In this document: in pieces, positions 50,770 through 64,000 of the stretch
Numbering within the stretch: position 1 is the stretch's first letter
How the letters are laid out: each line of letters begins with the position of its first letter
Source of the DNA: Chara braunii
Lineage: Eukaryota > Plantae > Charophyceae
Assembly (NCBI GenBank): GCA_003427395.1
Contig: BFEA01000028.1
Location: 1,249,521 to 1,313,520 of the forward strand
DNA: 64,000 bases
Direction of reading: 5' to 3'
Position numbers and translations under genes: made by a program
The notes under the pieces: generated by a model
What the model saw: only the letters and a program-made list of their open reading frames with translations
The model's database searches: none
Told to the model about the DNA's origin: nothing

Positions 50770-52390
50770 GGATTAGCCAACCCAACTTATGGATGTGACT
50801 GACCTGTCAGTTTATATGACTAAGTCACACCAACTTATGGTGCCCTAGTCTGGTAGCACAAGTATACGTAGGGCATAGGATCAAATCACACCAACTTATG
50901 GTGTGACCATTTTCTCCCTAGACGATTTACATAAGGCGTATGACCGGGCCGCACCAACTTATGGTGAGGCTAGTCAGCCTGAACGCTCGGCATACACAAA
51001 GAACCGAACCTCCTCAACTTATGAGGGGTCAGCCTTCGCTTGAACAAACGACAAAAGGCATGACTAGAACACACCAACTTATGATGCGTCTGGCCAGCCC
51101 AAACGGTGACATATGGCGTAGAACCAGGCTACCCAACTTATGAGTAGTCCAACCCAGCCTAGACAAAACCACATGCACGAATGACCAAACAACCCACAAC
51201 TTATGCGTTCGCCCAACCTTCGCAATACAACCATGTTCAACGAATAAACATAAGGCATAAAACTCACCACACCAACTTATGATGTGATTGGCCTCCGCCT
51301 GAACGAGTGACATAAGGCGTATGACCGGGCCGCACCAACTTATCGTGAGGCTGGTCAGCCTAAACTTTCGGCATATACAAATAACAAAGCCGCCTCAACT
51401 TATGAAGGGCTCAGCCTCTGCCTAAATAAATGACGAAAGACATATGACCATGATACACTAACTTATGATGTACCTAGCCAGCCCACACGATGACATATAG
51501 CGTAGAACTAGGCTACTCAACTTATGAGTAGTCTAGCCCGCCTAAACAAGCAACAAGCCCGTGTGACTGAACAGCCTGCAACTTATGTGTTCGCTCAGCC
51601 TCCGCAGCACAACTACATTCAATAAGTAGAGTCACAAGTTCTTTCTTTCTTTAGACGAGTGGTCAAGTCACCTCAACTTATGAGGCTCCCCATCCAAACA
51701 TCAGCTTATGTTTAGAAAGAGAAATAGCCAAGTTTTATATTATCTCTCTGCCCTTTGTGTTATCAGGGGCATAGGACCAACTACCCAACTTATGGATGAG
51801 TCAACCTGCCCAAAGTTACCACTTAATTTTATACTCTGAATCTTATTTTCTCCTCTGCTTTATCTGCTACCGGCTTATATGGTAGATCTCCCAACTTATG
51901 ACATTAAACCTGCCAATGATATACATAGTATATAGTTATATCAGATTGTATACTCAAGTTCCACTTATGTTCGCGGCTCATGACTTGATCACACCAACTT
52001 ATGGTGTGACTAGCCTGCCAAAACAAGTAAACATTAGTTATAGGATTGATCCACACCAACTTATGGTGGGGTTAGTTTCTGCCTAGACAATCGACATAAG
52101 GCGTATGACCGGGCTGCACCAACTTATGGTGAGGCTGGTCAGCCTGAACATTTGACATACACAAAGAACTGAACCACCTCAACTTATGAGGGGTCCAACC
52201 TTTGCCTGAACAAAACGACGAAAGGCATATAACTAAACCACACCAACTTATGGTGTGGCTAGTCAGCCCATACAATGACATATAAGGTAGAACCAGGCTA
52301 CTCAACTTATGAGTAGTCTAGCTCCACCTAAACAAGCAACATGTGCGTGTGGCTGAACAACCCACAACTTATTCGTTCGCTCAGCCTCCA
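50770..52390 (-). repeat. Array of 24 stem-loops with a conserved CAACTTATG core, ~60-bp period and 6-unit higher-order repeat
   Basis: Cores at 50783, 50831, 50892, 50955, 51015, 51075, 51134, 51197, 51273, 51336, 51396, 51459, 51518, 51579, 51674, 51786, 51892, 51995, 52057, 52120, 52180, 52244, 52303, 52365. Confidence 0.93.
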
Positions 52391-54876
52391 CAACAAAACA
52401 ACAAATAATGTCACAATTTCATTTTGTCTGAATTCCCACAGATAATCTTACCTTGTCATACATACTTGCCAATTTTACCTTTCAGATTATGTCATGAACT
52501 CAAAACAAACAAAAACAATTAACTTTCTCAGTCATACTTACAGACACACAATAACAAAGGGTAATACAGTTTAAGGGAAGGGATCACACACGTAAAATGA
52601 GCATTATACCTTAGTGTTCTCTGCCTCCAGAACCTCACCTGGGCTCCAGCAGAGCTCCCTCAATCGATGGGTGGACCTCCCACAAGGTCTTGCTGCGGTC
52701 CTACAGGTTGCAATCCCGCCTGCCGCCTTCCTCTCGTAACCTTAGACCAAACTTAGAGTAAGAAGGGCAGAAGGAGGGGTTTCAAACACTCGAGATACAA
52801 GTGAGGGTCAACTCAACTTACGTGAGAGGGCCTTGTAATCTTCAAACGTCTAAGGGCCCCGCAATGGCAGCCAACGACGCAACTCAGATGATCAAGAACA
52901 CGGTCAGAACGCAGAGTAACACTCCCCTGATGGCTCTTCAACCCGCAACAGTGACCTCGTTGTAGAGTCCGTTCACTCCTCCAATGCTACAATGGCTCGA
53001 GGTAGTGGACGGCGGGAATCATAGCAAGTGAATATAGTATGGGGCAGACTCGGCGAAGTGCCGCAGGATACGGCAAAACTCAACAAAGCCTCAACAAGAT
53101 GCAACATTGATTCTCGGTAGGTCCAACTGTCCTATGGATCTCAGCTAGTCGCACCGAAAATACGAGGGAACACAATGATGCATTCCGAACGCATGGGGCA
53201 GCGCACAGTGGGTGCACAACGAAAACGTGGGTGTACTCAGCAAACCATGGCTAGCACAACACAACACAACAATGCCACACAGACAAAGCAAGACTCAACA
53301 ATCGAGCCCAACAGTGTGATAGCCGTATGCATAACGTCTCGTCAAGTTACATTGTACACAACAATGTGAGGCAAGGCCCAGCAGCAACGAAAGCACAACA
53401 GGATACGGGGTGTACAGCGAACCAACGCCACGCACCAACTAGCATGGTGAACTACAACGGATGTTGTGCAACAACATTAGACATCAGATAGCCTCGTCCC
53501 TCCTCATTAGACTGTCACAGAGGCAGCAACATCCCTCGAAAGCACGACGGTATCGTCGGACTCGACTTCAGCATACCGACCGAAGATCGATTTGGTAATG
53601 CTTCCAGACCGGATTGTGACTGAAACAGCCTCAGTGTAGGCAAACCTTGACCACGCAAGCCACCGCCTTAGCCAGGAGCAGTTGGTTTGGAAACGCCAAG
53701 TTACGAGTATAAGAAAAAATCACGCCTTGACTGAAGTGACAAGTCAAAATAGGATCACGACGAACATGCCACTACGACCTTGTAGGAGAACCCCACAACC
53801 AATATGGCAAAGTACGAGTGATCATTACTACTGTAAGCACGGACGAGATGGTTTTTTTTGGCGGTGAAAACGAATCTTATTCCCTTCGTCTACACTCCTC
53901 TGCATTCCAAATGTGCAAAATGAGAATGAATCCTCCACTAGATCAGGACCAGATGCAGTGTCAGGTAAGCATCATCACTACACCGAGCACATCAAGCAAC
54001 TTATAGACGATGAGCACCCTGGTGAACAGTACGGCCAGCAAAGCGAGCGTAAGAGATGCGAAATCATGCAACGCTCAGAAGAAGAGTACTTCTGCGACGG
54101 TGATCACACAGTCGTTGGTGGTATGATCTCGGCGGTAGCAGGTAGTAGGACCGCGATGATGGTAAGTGAGAAGGCGAATCAGCAGAACGACAGATGCAGT
54201 GCTAACTATCGTGATCCGTACAACCACTACTACGATTGACACGATTATCATTACGATCCGATCATAACAAGGCTCGTAACAAACACAAGTCGGCCCTTGC
54301 TCCGCTCCTATCAGACGAGCAAAACGAGAATGAATCTCCCGTTAGAATACGGGAAGATGCATAGTGTCAGGACCTTGCTGCTGCGTCCGCATTCTGACAA
54401 AATGAGGACGAATCTACCACTACAATTTTCCATTTAAACTTCCTGACCAGCCACCTGATCTTGACCGGTGTTGTCCGCAATTACGCCTAAGACCGTGTTG
54501 CGATTGTTGCGCTGAAGACGATAGCCGGGGTGGTTTTGACGGAAGTAGTTTGCTCAGTGCAGCATAGAGGTAAGGACCATGATCGGCGTGGAGGAAGGTT
54601 ACGAGCATGACGCAGAGCGCGACCTTGATGATGACGAAGATCCCTAACAGAGGACAACCTTGATGATGACAAGCGTGATAGCGAGCTGGAACCCGTTGTG
54701 ATAGACAACGCTCCATAGCTTCACCGAATATGCAAATGAGAATGAATCTCCCGCTAGAAATCGGGAAGATTCATCGCGAGTCAAAGTCGCTCATTGTCAT
54801 GCCTGCTATTGGTCAAAAAAAAGAGTGGGTCTTTCGTTAGACCCCAACCGGACGCACACACAGGTGAATCCCTCCT

Positions 54877-55099
<223 letters not shown>

Positions 55100-55377
55100 G
55101 CGTAGGCGCGCGTCCAAAGAGTGTTTACCAAAGCGTTCTTGATGACAACGGCCGGCACGTGGAACACTTGCACAGTGAACGACGAACACGCTGGGGGCAG
55201 ACTCCACATTGAGGTACGTTCCCTCTTTCCCTTTCACTCACTCTGCATCTCCATTCCTCTTCTCCTTCGTCAACTCCTTTGTCATCCTCGTCTACTGGAC
55301 CGCGCTGTGCGATCTCACAAACACTCTAACCTGCGGACCGTACATACACACGCAAAGGGACACTAAAAAGAAAAATG

Positions 55378-55469
55378 AAACCGTTTCTTGATTTATACAT
55401 ATTCTCTCCGTTCAGGTTTACACTAATCTCCTTGGTATCGTTCCAATTTCACCGGATGTCCCGAAGGAC
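55378..55469 (-). pseudogene. U6: U6-derived segment in unit B, near full length and followed by T-runs
   Basis: Minus strand GTCCTTCGGGACATCCGGTGAAATTGGAACGATACCAAGGAGATTAGTG...ATAAATCAAGAAACGGTTTCATTTTT. Confidence 0.8.
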
Positions 55470-56280
55470 TACGGCCTCGTGACAGCCTTAAGCTATCTTC
55501 ATCGGGCTGATCGGGCCCAGACAGTGTTTTCCGGTCCTATTCACTCGGTGCCATAGTCCTAACTCAGGTCTGTACTTCAATAGTTCATGGGTGTACCAAC
55601 TGAGCTAAACCTATTGGTACCTTTGCCAGCTCTGGAACCAGCGCCTGGGCCGTGTCCCAAATTGGAACCAAAAGGTATATAAGAATAAGTAAAAACAAAA
55701 CAAAAATAAAATAAAACAGCAGAACGGGGAGGGGTTTCATGTGACCAACGATACACAGCCTCTGCGCTAGTGCCTGTTGGTCCTCGCCCCGCCCAGATAT
55801 AGTTCACCGTCTTATGGGTCCCTGCAAGCAAGCTCACACTCATACCTCTCACTTCTCAAATCAGGCTCAGTTTAGTGGGCGGTGTATCCCCTGGCCACAA
55901 TTGCCCATGCCTTTCCACCACTCCGCGGGTCCTGGAGGCAGTAGCAAATGTTTAAATGGAGACTGCGAGGACCGAAGCGGAGAAGGGTTCCGTGCACACA
56001 GTTGTACACAGTCAGTGTTGCTGCTGTAGCCTCTGCCCTGGTCCCCCACCCAGGCATAGTCCACCATTTCATGGGTCCCAGCGGGGACACTCACACTCAA
56101 ACCTCTCACAACAAAACGTGTTTGGCGGATGGTGCACCCACGGAGGGTCCCCGCCACTCAGGTTTCTTCCGCCTCGTGAGCCAGTCACCCACCGGCTCGC
56201 ATGTACGTTGACCCCTTGGCCCACGTCCCGGGCTAGGCAGAAATAGAGAGACTTTCTCATCCCTCGAAGTGAACAGCCAA

Positions 56281-56328
56281 GCTAATCTCCTTTGTATCGC
56301 TCCAATTTTAACGGATGTCTCGAAGGAC
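56281..56328 (-). pseudogene. U6: U6-derived 5' segment in unit B
   Basis: Minus strand GTCCTTCGAGACATCCGTTAAAATTGGAGCGATACAAAGGAGATTAGC. Confidence 0.82.
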
Positions 56329-57394
56329 CTAGGCCTGTACTTTTCAACAGTTTCCGGGTGCACCAATTGTGCTACGCCCGCAGGTCCCCGCACACAACCC
56401 CAGTACTAATATTGGTGCCACATCCCAGAATCAGGACTGACAACTAAAAATAATTAAAGAAAAATAAAAATAAAACTAAAACTAAAAATACGAACATCGG
56501 GGACTAGTGCTTTGGGGAGGGAGACTGTCGGTGCCGCCTCTCGGTTCCGTCAACCGGGCCCATGGATGGACCAGCAACAAAACCAAGGGGGATAGCCCCG
56601 TCGGGCCCTCAACCCCCTAGCATCTTCAACAGCTGCAATGATCCATCGCCGCCGGTCGCTGCCCTCGATCCCCGTACCTCTACTTTGAAAGTCCAACACC
56701 ATGACCAATAATATTAGGCCCAAGGCTGACCTTAGCATTCGCGAACACCTATGTAAGTGGGTACCATGCAGTGTGCGGGTCCACTGAAGCATTCCAAAGC
56801 CACACCCCAGTCTATCAACTAAGTCCACGATCGTCAACCTCCTGCGTCCATGGCGCGGAGGTCCCTACTCGCGTTCTATTTTCTCTCGCATGCTGTAATC
56901 ACCGCCCAAAAGCAAACATTACTGCCTAATGACATCTTCCGTACGAGCGCACACGCACCATGGTCAATTCAACATAGAGAAAAACCCTTCCTAGTTTTAA
57001 TCAAAAAAATCAAAAGTTTGTCGGCAGGAACGCCGACTCTATGACATCAAAATAAGAATCATCACGCGTGCCTCAAAATTGCACGCCCACACACTCTCTG
57101 CTTTCAGTCAACCATCCAGTCAGCGTGAAACACAACCACGACTTCGCACGGTGTACTCCAATTTTGAACAAAACTTATTTTTTGTCACTTGCAAAAACCA
57201 GGAAGGATACCCTTGTAAGGGTATTCGCGCCGACACCGTGTGAGTATGCCCTGAGGTAGGATAGTAGAGGCAGGGGATGCGCTGGGAGTATTAACGTGGG
57301 GATGGGTAGGGTAGGTGCCCTATCCTGTTAGGATAACTATTGGCTGCCGCTACTAGCAATCTCTGCGGGTCTGGTCCTTGGCCTCTACAACACC

Positions 57395-57640
57395 CTGGGC
57401 CAAGATACAGTTTGCAATTGCATTATGGGGCAACTTTAGTAGAGTCACAAAACGAGTTATAATTCCACTATGGGCCAAGATACAGTTTGCAATTGCATTA
57501 TGGGGCAAGATACAGTTTGCAATTGCACTTTGGGCACCCTACCTAGCTAGAAAGCCGAGTTGTATGCATTGCCCCAACTGCAATTTGAAACTGTATCTTG
57601 ACGCATAGTACAATTATAACTCATTTTTATGACTAACTAG
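57395..57640. mobile_element. Mutator-like MITE with internal duplications
   Basis: GGGCCAAGATACAGTTTGCAATTGC repeated; same family as 44786-44978. Confidence 0.7.
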
Positions 57641-57649
57641 TCCTAACTC

Positions 57650-60600
57650 AAACGATGTCCACCGATCAAATCCTTACCAACAGTTCAACCAACATCCTCC
57701 ACAGGGGATTTTTATACCTAGCAAAATTCCTCAATGCCCTCACGAAAAAAATAATTGGGATACTTCATCTGCCTTAACTCCAGTCTCAGATGCGTTGCTG
57801 CAGTCCATTCGATCTCGCCTAACACAAGACCAAAAGAACACCCTGGATAAGCCCATAACCCTTAAGGAGGTATGAGAGGCCCTGCAACGTATGGAAGATG
57901 AGAAGACACCGGGAATCGACTCCTTCCCAAAAGAGGTTTGGGTGCAGTTTTGGGACCTTTTTCACCATGATATCATGGAGTTCATAACAGTGATACCAAA
58001 CGAGGGCTCCTTTGGAGGGATGATTGGCCAGGGTGTCACGACTCTCCTTTACAAGAAAGGGGACAGAGAGAACATCAGGAATTACAGACCTATCACCCTT
58101 CTCCTTGTTCCCTATAATTGGTGGCCAAAGTCCTCACCAATAGACTGTTACCCCTGATGAACTTGCTCATTCACCCGGACCAAACGGGGTTTGTGCCTAA
58201 CCGCAACATCCAGGACAATATGCTCCTGGTCAACAAGACGATCAAATATGTCCGCCAGAGGAAAGTCCAAGCAGCGATCCTTTTCATAGACTTTGAAAAA
58301 GCGTATGATCACGTAGACTGAGACTTCATCGATATGTGCCTGGTTAGGAGAACTTTGGCCCGACCTTCTATCAATGGGTGCACCTTTTGCACAGGTTGGC
58401 CACAACTAACATAATGCTCAATGGTCACCTCTCACCGCCGATCTGCCTCCAGAGATCGGTGCGCCAAGGACACCCCATTGCGCCATTGTTATTCGTAATC
58501 GTCATGGAGGCCTTGACATCGTTGATCCGATCTCACCCTCAAATCAGCAAAGTGCATATCCCAGACATACCCCAGCACCTCATACCTGTGACATCGCTCT
58601 TTGCAAATGACCTCACCGTACTCATACGTGCTGATCCGACCAGCCTCCAAACCCTAGCTCAAGTCATACACCTTTTTTCATTGGCTGCAGATATGAAGGT
58701 CAACTGGGGCTCAGACAGAGGGTTGGTGGCTCCACCCACATGGAGACCCCCCCCCACCCGAACCGAGTGTATCATGGGCCCGCAAAGAAGAAACCATAAG
58801 GATTTTGGGTGTGAGACTGACAGCGGAAGGCCCCCCGCTCGACCATGGAGACATGCTGGTCTATATGGCAGTGGACAGACTGGCCAAATGGGAAGGTTTG
58901 CATACATCACTTGTGGGATGCGCCTTGGCAATTAATAGTGTCATCCTTGTAGCCATCTGGTACAAAATGGTAGTGTGGCCACTGAATAAACAGCAGCACG
59001 CCAGACTGAAGAAGGCGCTCACAACATACCTGTGGAAAAACAGTGTCAAAACTTAGCAAAGCCTCAACAGGGTGAAATGGGATGTGGTCACAAAGCCTAG
59101 ATCTATGGGGGTGTTGGGGATCCTGGGCCCTCAGAGAGAGAGCGAGGCACTTATCTTCAAGGTTCTTGTCCGACTGTTAATGGGGAATGATATCCCTTGG
59201 GAACCGCTGGCCTGCCTGCAAATTGCCAACCTTACCCCGCAATCACAAGTGCCTAGAATGGTGCGCCCATTTCAGTGGCTGACAAACAACCATTGGGCCA
59301 TTCCATCGCCCCCAAAACAAGCGCAACCAGTAAACCCGATACATGCTACAAAGTTGGATATATCGGTCGACCCCCTCTGGCCCTACATGCTCAAACTCTG
59401 GAGGCGAAAAGGGCCACAACAGAAACACCCCCCCAACAAATGACACGATATATGAAGGCAACCTCTCTTTGGCAACCCGCATCCTTCAAGAAACAGGAGA
59501 CCCATTTCCCCTGACAACGAACTCTCTGTGACTCAATTGGGCCAAAAAGGGAGTATTTACTTTAAGGGATCTGTGGGACCCAATCAGTGGGGACTGGACA
59601 CCCCCCAACCAACTAAGAAATAAACTCAAGCATGTCAAACATATTGAAGGAAACGCTGGTCTGCTGAGAGAGCCACTCCCTCTCGCCTGGTGCCTAACCT
59701 TGCAAAGGGGCCCAACAGTCAAAAAAGACGATTGGGTGGTTAGATACTCATACCAGTGCTGCCACCATGTCATTTTTAAAGTCATAAACAATGTGGACGG
59801 TGCATGCGCATTGGAAGCCTACGAACCACAACTGTCTGGGGCAAGGTTCTCCAAAGTGATAAAAAACACCGACCTGGACTTCACACACGGGTGGGCTGGT
59901 CTGATGCAGGTGAGGGTGGTAGGAGATCCACAAAACGGCCACTACACATTTCAGCCAGCCACGCCTGTGGCCAAGCTCCCCTTTGACCGGACTGAGTGGG
60001 AGTGGCCTGACACTCGACCTATGCAAATATGGGAATATACAGTCAGATATAGAGCATCGTGACAAGACCAGCTAATCAACAACACAATTGCGGACAGATG
60101 GGAACGGGACTCACCACTAGAACCAAAACTGCAACAATCTTTCACGTGGTCTACATTTGCGAAGATCATGCTCACAAACCACAGGTCTCTACAGTGGCAG
60201 ATCCTGCACCGCTGCCTCCCCACCCCGGACTGGTTAGTCTCCAAAACAAACCTGGAACAGAAAGGGGAGTTGTCTCCCATCTGTGCATATTGCACGAGGT
60301 CTCAAACGCCAGCCCGTGCGACCCTCGAGCACTACATGCTGGCATGCCCAATGGTCACCCAACTCTGGCAGTGGTGGGACACGGCATTCCATTCCCTCAC
60401 AGCCTATCATATTCCCTGGAACGTTCGCCTTCTGCTCCTGGGAGACAATTGCCAGCTGCAGGCTCACTGGTCTCCATTCGCAACCAACCTGTTTTCATAC
60501 ACACGGTTGCACATCCTCATGCTGGCATGGAGAGCCAGATGCTCCTTTGAAAGAAAAGAGCACCAATTCGGCCTGCAGCAAGCACAACAAGCTATCGAGG

Positions 60601-61000
60601 AACACATCAGCACCAGGACTCGAGAAGCTTGGAAGCGGATGAAAAGTGACCTTCTCGAGGAGAAGACCCTACTGCTAAGCAAGCAATCCGCGACTCCTAC
60701 GCACAGATTTCGCAGGATCCAAACAGAATATTCTCTGAACTGGATGCCACCCTCAACATCATTTGGAAACCATGGAGGAACACGGAACCCAGATGGCAAA
60801 GGAGATCTTTCTCCGAATTCCAAGTTCCTTACCTCCGACCCAACTTTGTCCTCCTCGCGCCTCCGCAGCCATAACAGGACTGAGACTACCCACCCCCGTC
60901 CCTCCCCATCTTCCCCCCCCTGCCCGCCTTTCCCCCTTCTCCCCCTTGTCCCCCCCCCCTCTCTCTCTTCCCCAACTGCCTGCTGGGGATAACGGGGACA
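57650..61000 (+). mobile_element. Decayed, 5'-truncated L1-clade LINE ORF2 (RT and zf-RVT)
   Basis: KTPGIDSFP, LYKKGD...NYRPITLL, QTGFVPNRNIQDN, IDFEKAYD, VRQGHPIAPLLF, LFANDL (degenerate FADD) and CAYC...EHYMLAC; several frameshifts and stops. Confidence 0.93.
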
Positions 61001-61714
61001 GTGGGGATGACGCCTCAGACTGAGGGAGGCGCAGGGACAATTGCGGAAGACTGGTGGCCGGGAGACGCAAAGGCAAGCTGCAACGAACTCGGACCCAAAA
61101 GAGGGACTTACGTCGGACTGAAGACAATGGCCATGGTCTGAGAGACCTAAGGGTTCAAGGTTTGAAGTGGGTATGAAGGCATCTCGTAGAATTGCATTAG
61201 GGAAAGAGAACGACTTGCTGTTTTATAAGGGACACTGGACCCGGTTTCCAGCAGGCGCCGTTCCCCACCAACACATGGAGCAGCTCGCGGGCCTGGCCTT
61301 CATCTCTGGCGGTTCTCCTACAACCGTCGGGATATGGGACCCGCAAAAGGGCTTGAAAGCATAGCCCCTGTGCCAGGGTGTCACACAATTACTGCATTCG
61401 GCCTGGCCAGGCGTCACTTCAGCATATAGCATAAGGGAACAATAGCAAGAACGGTCTGTTGAAATCTCTGCATTGATCTGAAATTTCATAATAAATAGTA
61501 TAGATCAGACAAGACGACACAGGGGAGCTGCAGATACCTGGGAGTTGTCTGAGGACGATCGGCTGTCAAATCCTAGGTGGGGGTCGGGTCATTTGTTTAG
61601 TAGGAGCCCCGCAATGGGAATGGGACAATTGCAGCTCCAAGGGATACTGGGTGCTCCAGAGTAGAACAGAACAATGACTACAGACTCAACATTGACCTGT
61701 ATTGATGTATCAAA

Positions 61715-61843
61715 GGGACGCTGGACCCGGTTTCCAGCAGGTGTTGCTCCCCACCAATAGATGGAGCAGCCCAGCGGCCAAGGTCTCAATTCCGGTGGTT
61801 CTCTTACCACTGCCGGGATAGTGGCCTTACAACAGGGCTTTTG

Positions 61844-61874
<31 letters not shown>

Positions 61875-62038
61875 GAAGAAGAAGAATACCGATCTTTTTT
61901 TTTCTTTTTTTTTTTAAACACAGGGCCTGGGGGTACTAACAGAGGTGGCACGAGCATCCTCCAGTAGTACCTCCCTTTGCCCTTGGCTCGCCTATTGGTG
62001 GGGAGCCAGCACCTGCTGGAAACTGGGTCCAGCATCCC
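61715..62038. mobile_element. Small element with ~46-bp TIRs; a second left end lies at 61229-61355
   Basis: GGGACGCTGGACCCGGTTTCCAGCAGGTGTTGCTCCCCACCAATAG is inverted at 61992-62038. Confidence 0.7.
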
Positions 62039-63116
62039 ATACCTAATCAAGACATCACTCACGAAACAATGCACATGGCGGCATTGATTGCCCTGTCCCC
62101 AGGGGATTGACCGCTTGCGCATTTCAGACCAAAGCCAGCCTCCTCGGGAGGGCTCCTCAACCCTCTAGGTCACCAAAAAAGTTTGTCCCTCCTAGCCCCC
62201 AGTTGCAGGCTGGCAACTGCAATTCAGCACGTCACACCCCCCATACCATTGCAATTCCACCATTGCCAGTTCATGAGGGGGGAAAAAGATCAGGAAAATC
62301 GGAGGCGGAGCGCATAGAGAGCGAAGCAGCAAGCTGTGCCCAGTCAAAATCGATGAAGGTATAGTCCCCAACCAAGGATGTCCCCTGCGGGTCCTGCCTT
62401 GGGCACCCTTCCAGGACACCTCTGCCATCCATCCCCACCCAGCCAGTCCGGTCAGAATTGTTCAGTGGTTCGTTAGAACAATATCGATCAGATTCATGCT
62501 CACAAATTCGCAATTGAATTCTGAGAATTCTATGTAGAACACTAACCACAACGGCCAATTTTGATTTCTTACAAGACCGTGACTCGTAGCCTTGGAAGAC
62601 TCGGGAAATCAGACCTGCACCTTCCCATCATTCTTTCTCATTCTTCCTAGCCTGACAGCACCCTAAGAAAGGAAACTCTCTCTTGGCTGACAAGCGACAA
62701 CCCAGAAAATCCCAAGAATCCTTTCCAGCGCACCATCATAGCAATTCTCAAATCTTGCCCACCTCTTGGATCGTGGTCCTTGGGGTCGAAGGGCACAAAA
62801 CTTTTGCATCATCAACATATTGAATCCCAGCTCCAAGCTGCCTATCATTACCCAGTGTTATCAGGAAATCCCACTCAGCCTTGGCCCACATCATAAAGCC
62901 AGCGTTGCACTGGTCGACTTCCCCATGGAAATCCCGATAACCTGCTGCAAGATAATCTGCCCAGTATCCCTTAGGAAGTGTTTGTGGATACAGAAAAGAT
63001 ACCGGGGTCGATGCCCGGTTTGAACAACCGAGCTGGAAACCGGGTTTAGCATCCCATCCAGACAGCTGAGCGAAAAAGGACAAAAACATAGGCTGGAAAC
63101 AAACCAATATAATAGG

Positions 63117-63278
63117 CATGGCTACGCCGGACCCGGACCCGGACATTTCTGGACATGGAACCGGACCCGTGTCCGGTAGTTTCCGGACGTCCTGAATTCC
63201 GGCCATTTCCGGACCTCCGGACATGGTGGGGATCCGGACAGTCCGGATGTCTGGACAGGTCCGGAAATGTCCGGACCA
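63117..63278. mobile_element. hAT-like transposon end with CCGGAC/GTCCGG subterminal repeats
   Basis: Starts CATGGCTAC, followed by more than 10 CCGGA(C) motifs in both orientations; partner end not found. Confidence 0.45.
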
Positions 63279-63831
63279 TTAAAAAAAAAAAATAAAAAAA
63301 AATCTGAAAAAGAAGTATGCTATGCAGAATAACAACGCAAACCACTTTTGCCCCAGAGTCATGTAAGAATTCCTAACCAAACTTGAGTTACAAGTCAAAA
63401 ACTATAAAAAAGCTTTAAACCACCAGTACCTCCGAGCCTGTTTTTGCGGACCCTGATTTATAGTGCGCGCCGAAATTTGCCGAGCCTGTGTCCCGCGGAA
63501 CCTCGGAGTCTTTTTGTGTTGGTTTTTTTTTTTTGAAACGGTATAGTTTCCACTTGTGGCCTTGTCGTCCTCCCGTACGGTCCAACGAACGGACACGTCC
63601 ATGGGCGGGATCCCTGTGGTTCGTGGCATGTTTGGTGGCTGAAATTGTTTTTTTTTTTTCCGCGGGAGTGAAAATTTCGTGTTTTTTTTTTTTTTTGCAG
63701 GCCCGGATAATCGTGTCGCTTCGCCGGCGACCGGTAGCGTGGCGTGGTGGGGAGGTGGGCGTCGGCACGTTGGCCGATGGAGGGACGCGGGCGTTTGCCA
63801 TCGCCGCCGTCACGTCCCGACCTGTGTGCCG

Positions 63832-63834
<3 letters not shown>

Positions 63835-63887
<53 letters not shown>
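63835..63887. repeat. (GT)n microsatellite
   Basis: Direct reading. Confidence 0.98.
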
Positions 63888-63890
<3 letters not shown>

Positions 63891-64000
63891 CGTCGATGCA
63901 CCAGTCTTGAAATGCAAATAAGAAAAATATGAAAAAAAATGCATCTTTCCATGTTGTAGGGGAAGATTCATTCTCGTTTTGCACCTTTGAAGAGTAGTGC

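Noticed and set aside
50783-52373. Minus-strand loop AUAAGU as a splice-donor mimic paired with the U6 copies
   Set aside because: It is one base from GUAAGU, but a 5-of-6 match is weak and nothing else supports it; kept only as speculation.
50770-52390. CRISPR array
   Set aside because: Only ~9 bp is constant, the intervening sequences recur in a 6-unit pattern rather than being unique spacers, no cas genes are present, and the context is eukaryotic.
57200-57240. Helitron 3' hairpin
   Set aside because: The palindrome is followed by a CA end and a 4-bp TSD, not CTRR in an AT site.
62550-63224. 158-aa ORF
   Set aside because: Its N-terminus comes from CCGGAC repeats and the rest has no motif I recognise.

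Overview
Gene-free, repeat-saturated eukaryotic DNA. The plant-type U6 and tRNA-Asp matches point to a green plant or streptophyte alga (inference). No intact host gene was found. 1-19622 is one large minus-strand Ty3/Gypsy LTR retrotransposon. It has a ~4.5-kb 5' LTR, a tRNA-Asp PBS, a degenerate gag-PR-RT-RH-INT region and an unusual ~5.5-kb run of tightly packed, partly paralogous extra ORFs upstream of gag. 19623-36388 is a nest of MITEs, micro/minisatellites, U6 and U2 snRNA-derived copies, a 2.66-kb solo LTR (TSD GGCT) and an L1 fragment. 36389-44785 and 48759-57235 are two diverged, colinear ~8.4-kb TG...CA units, read here as giant solo LTRs. Each carries two U6-derived segments. The second also carries a ~1.6-kb array of 24 hairpins with a near-invariant AACTTAT core and variable but co-varying stems, which is the most striking feature of the window. 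57650-61000 is a decayed L1-clade LINE, followed by small TIR elements. All alignments and counts were made by eye, so boundaries without TSDs or TIRs are approximate.
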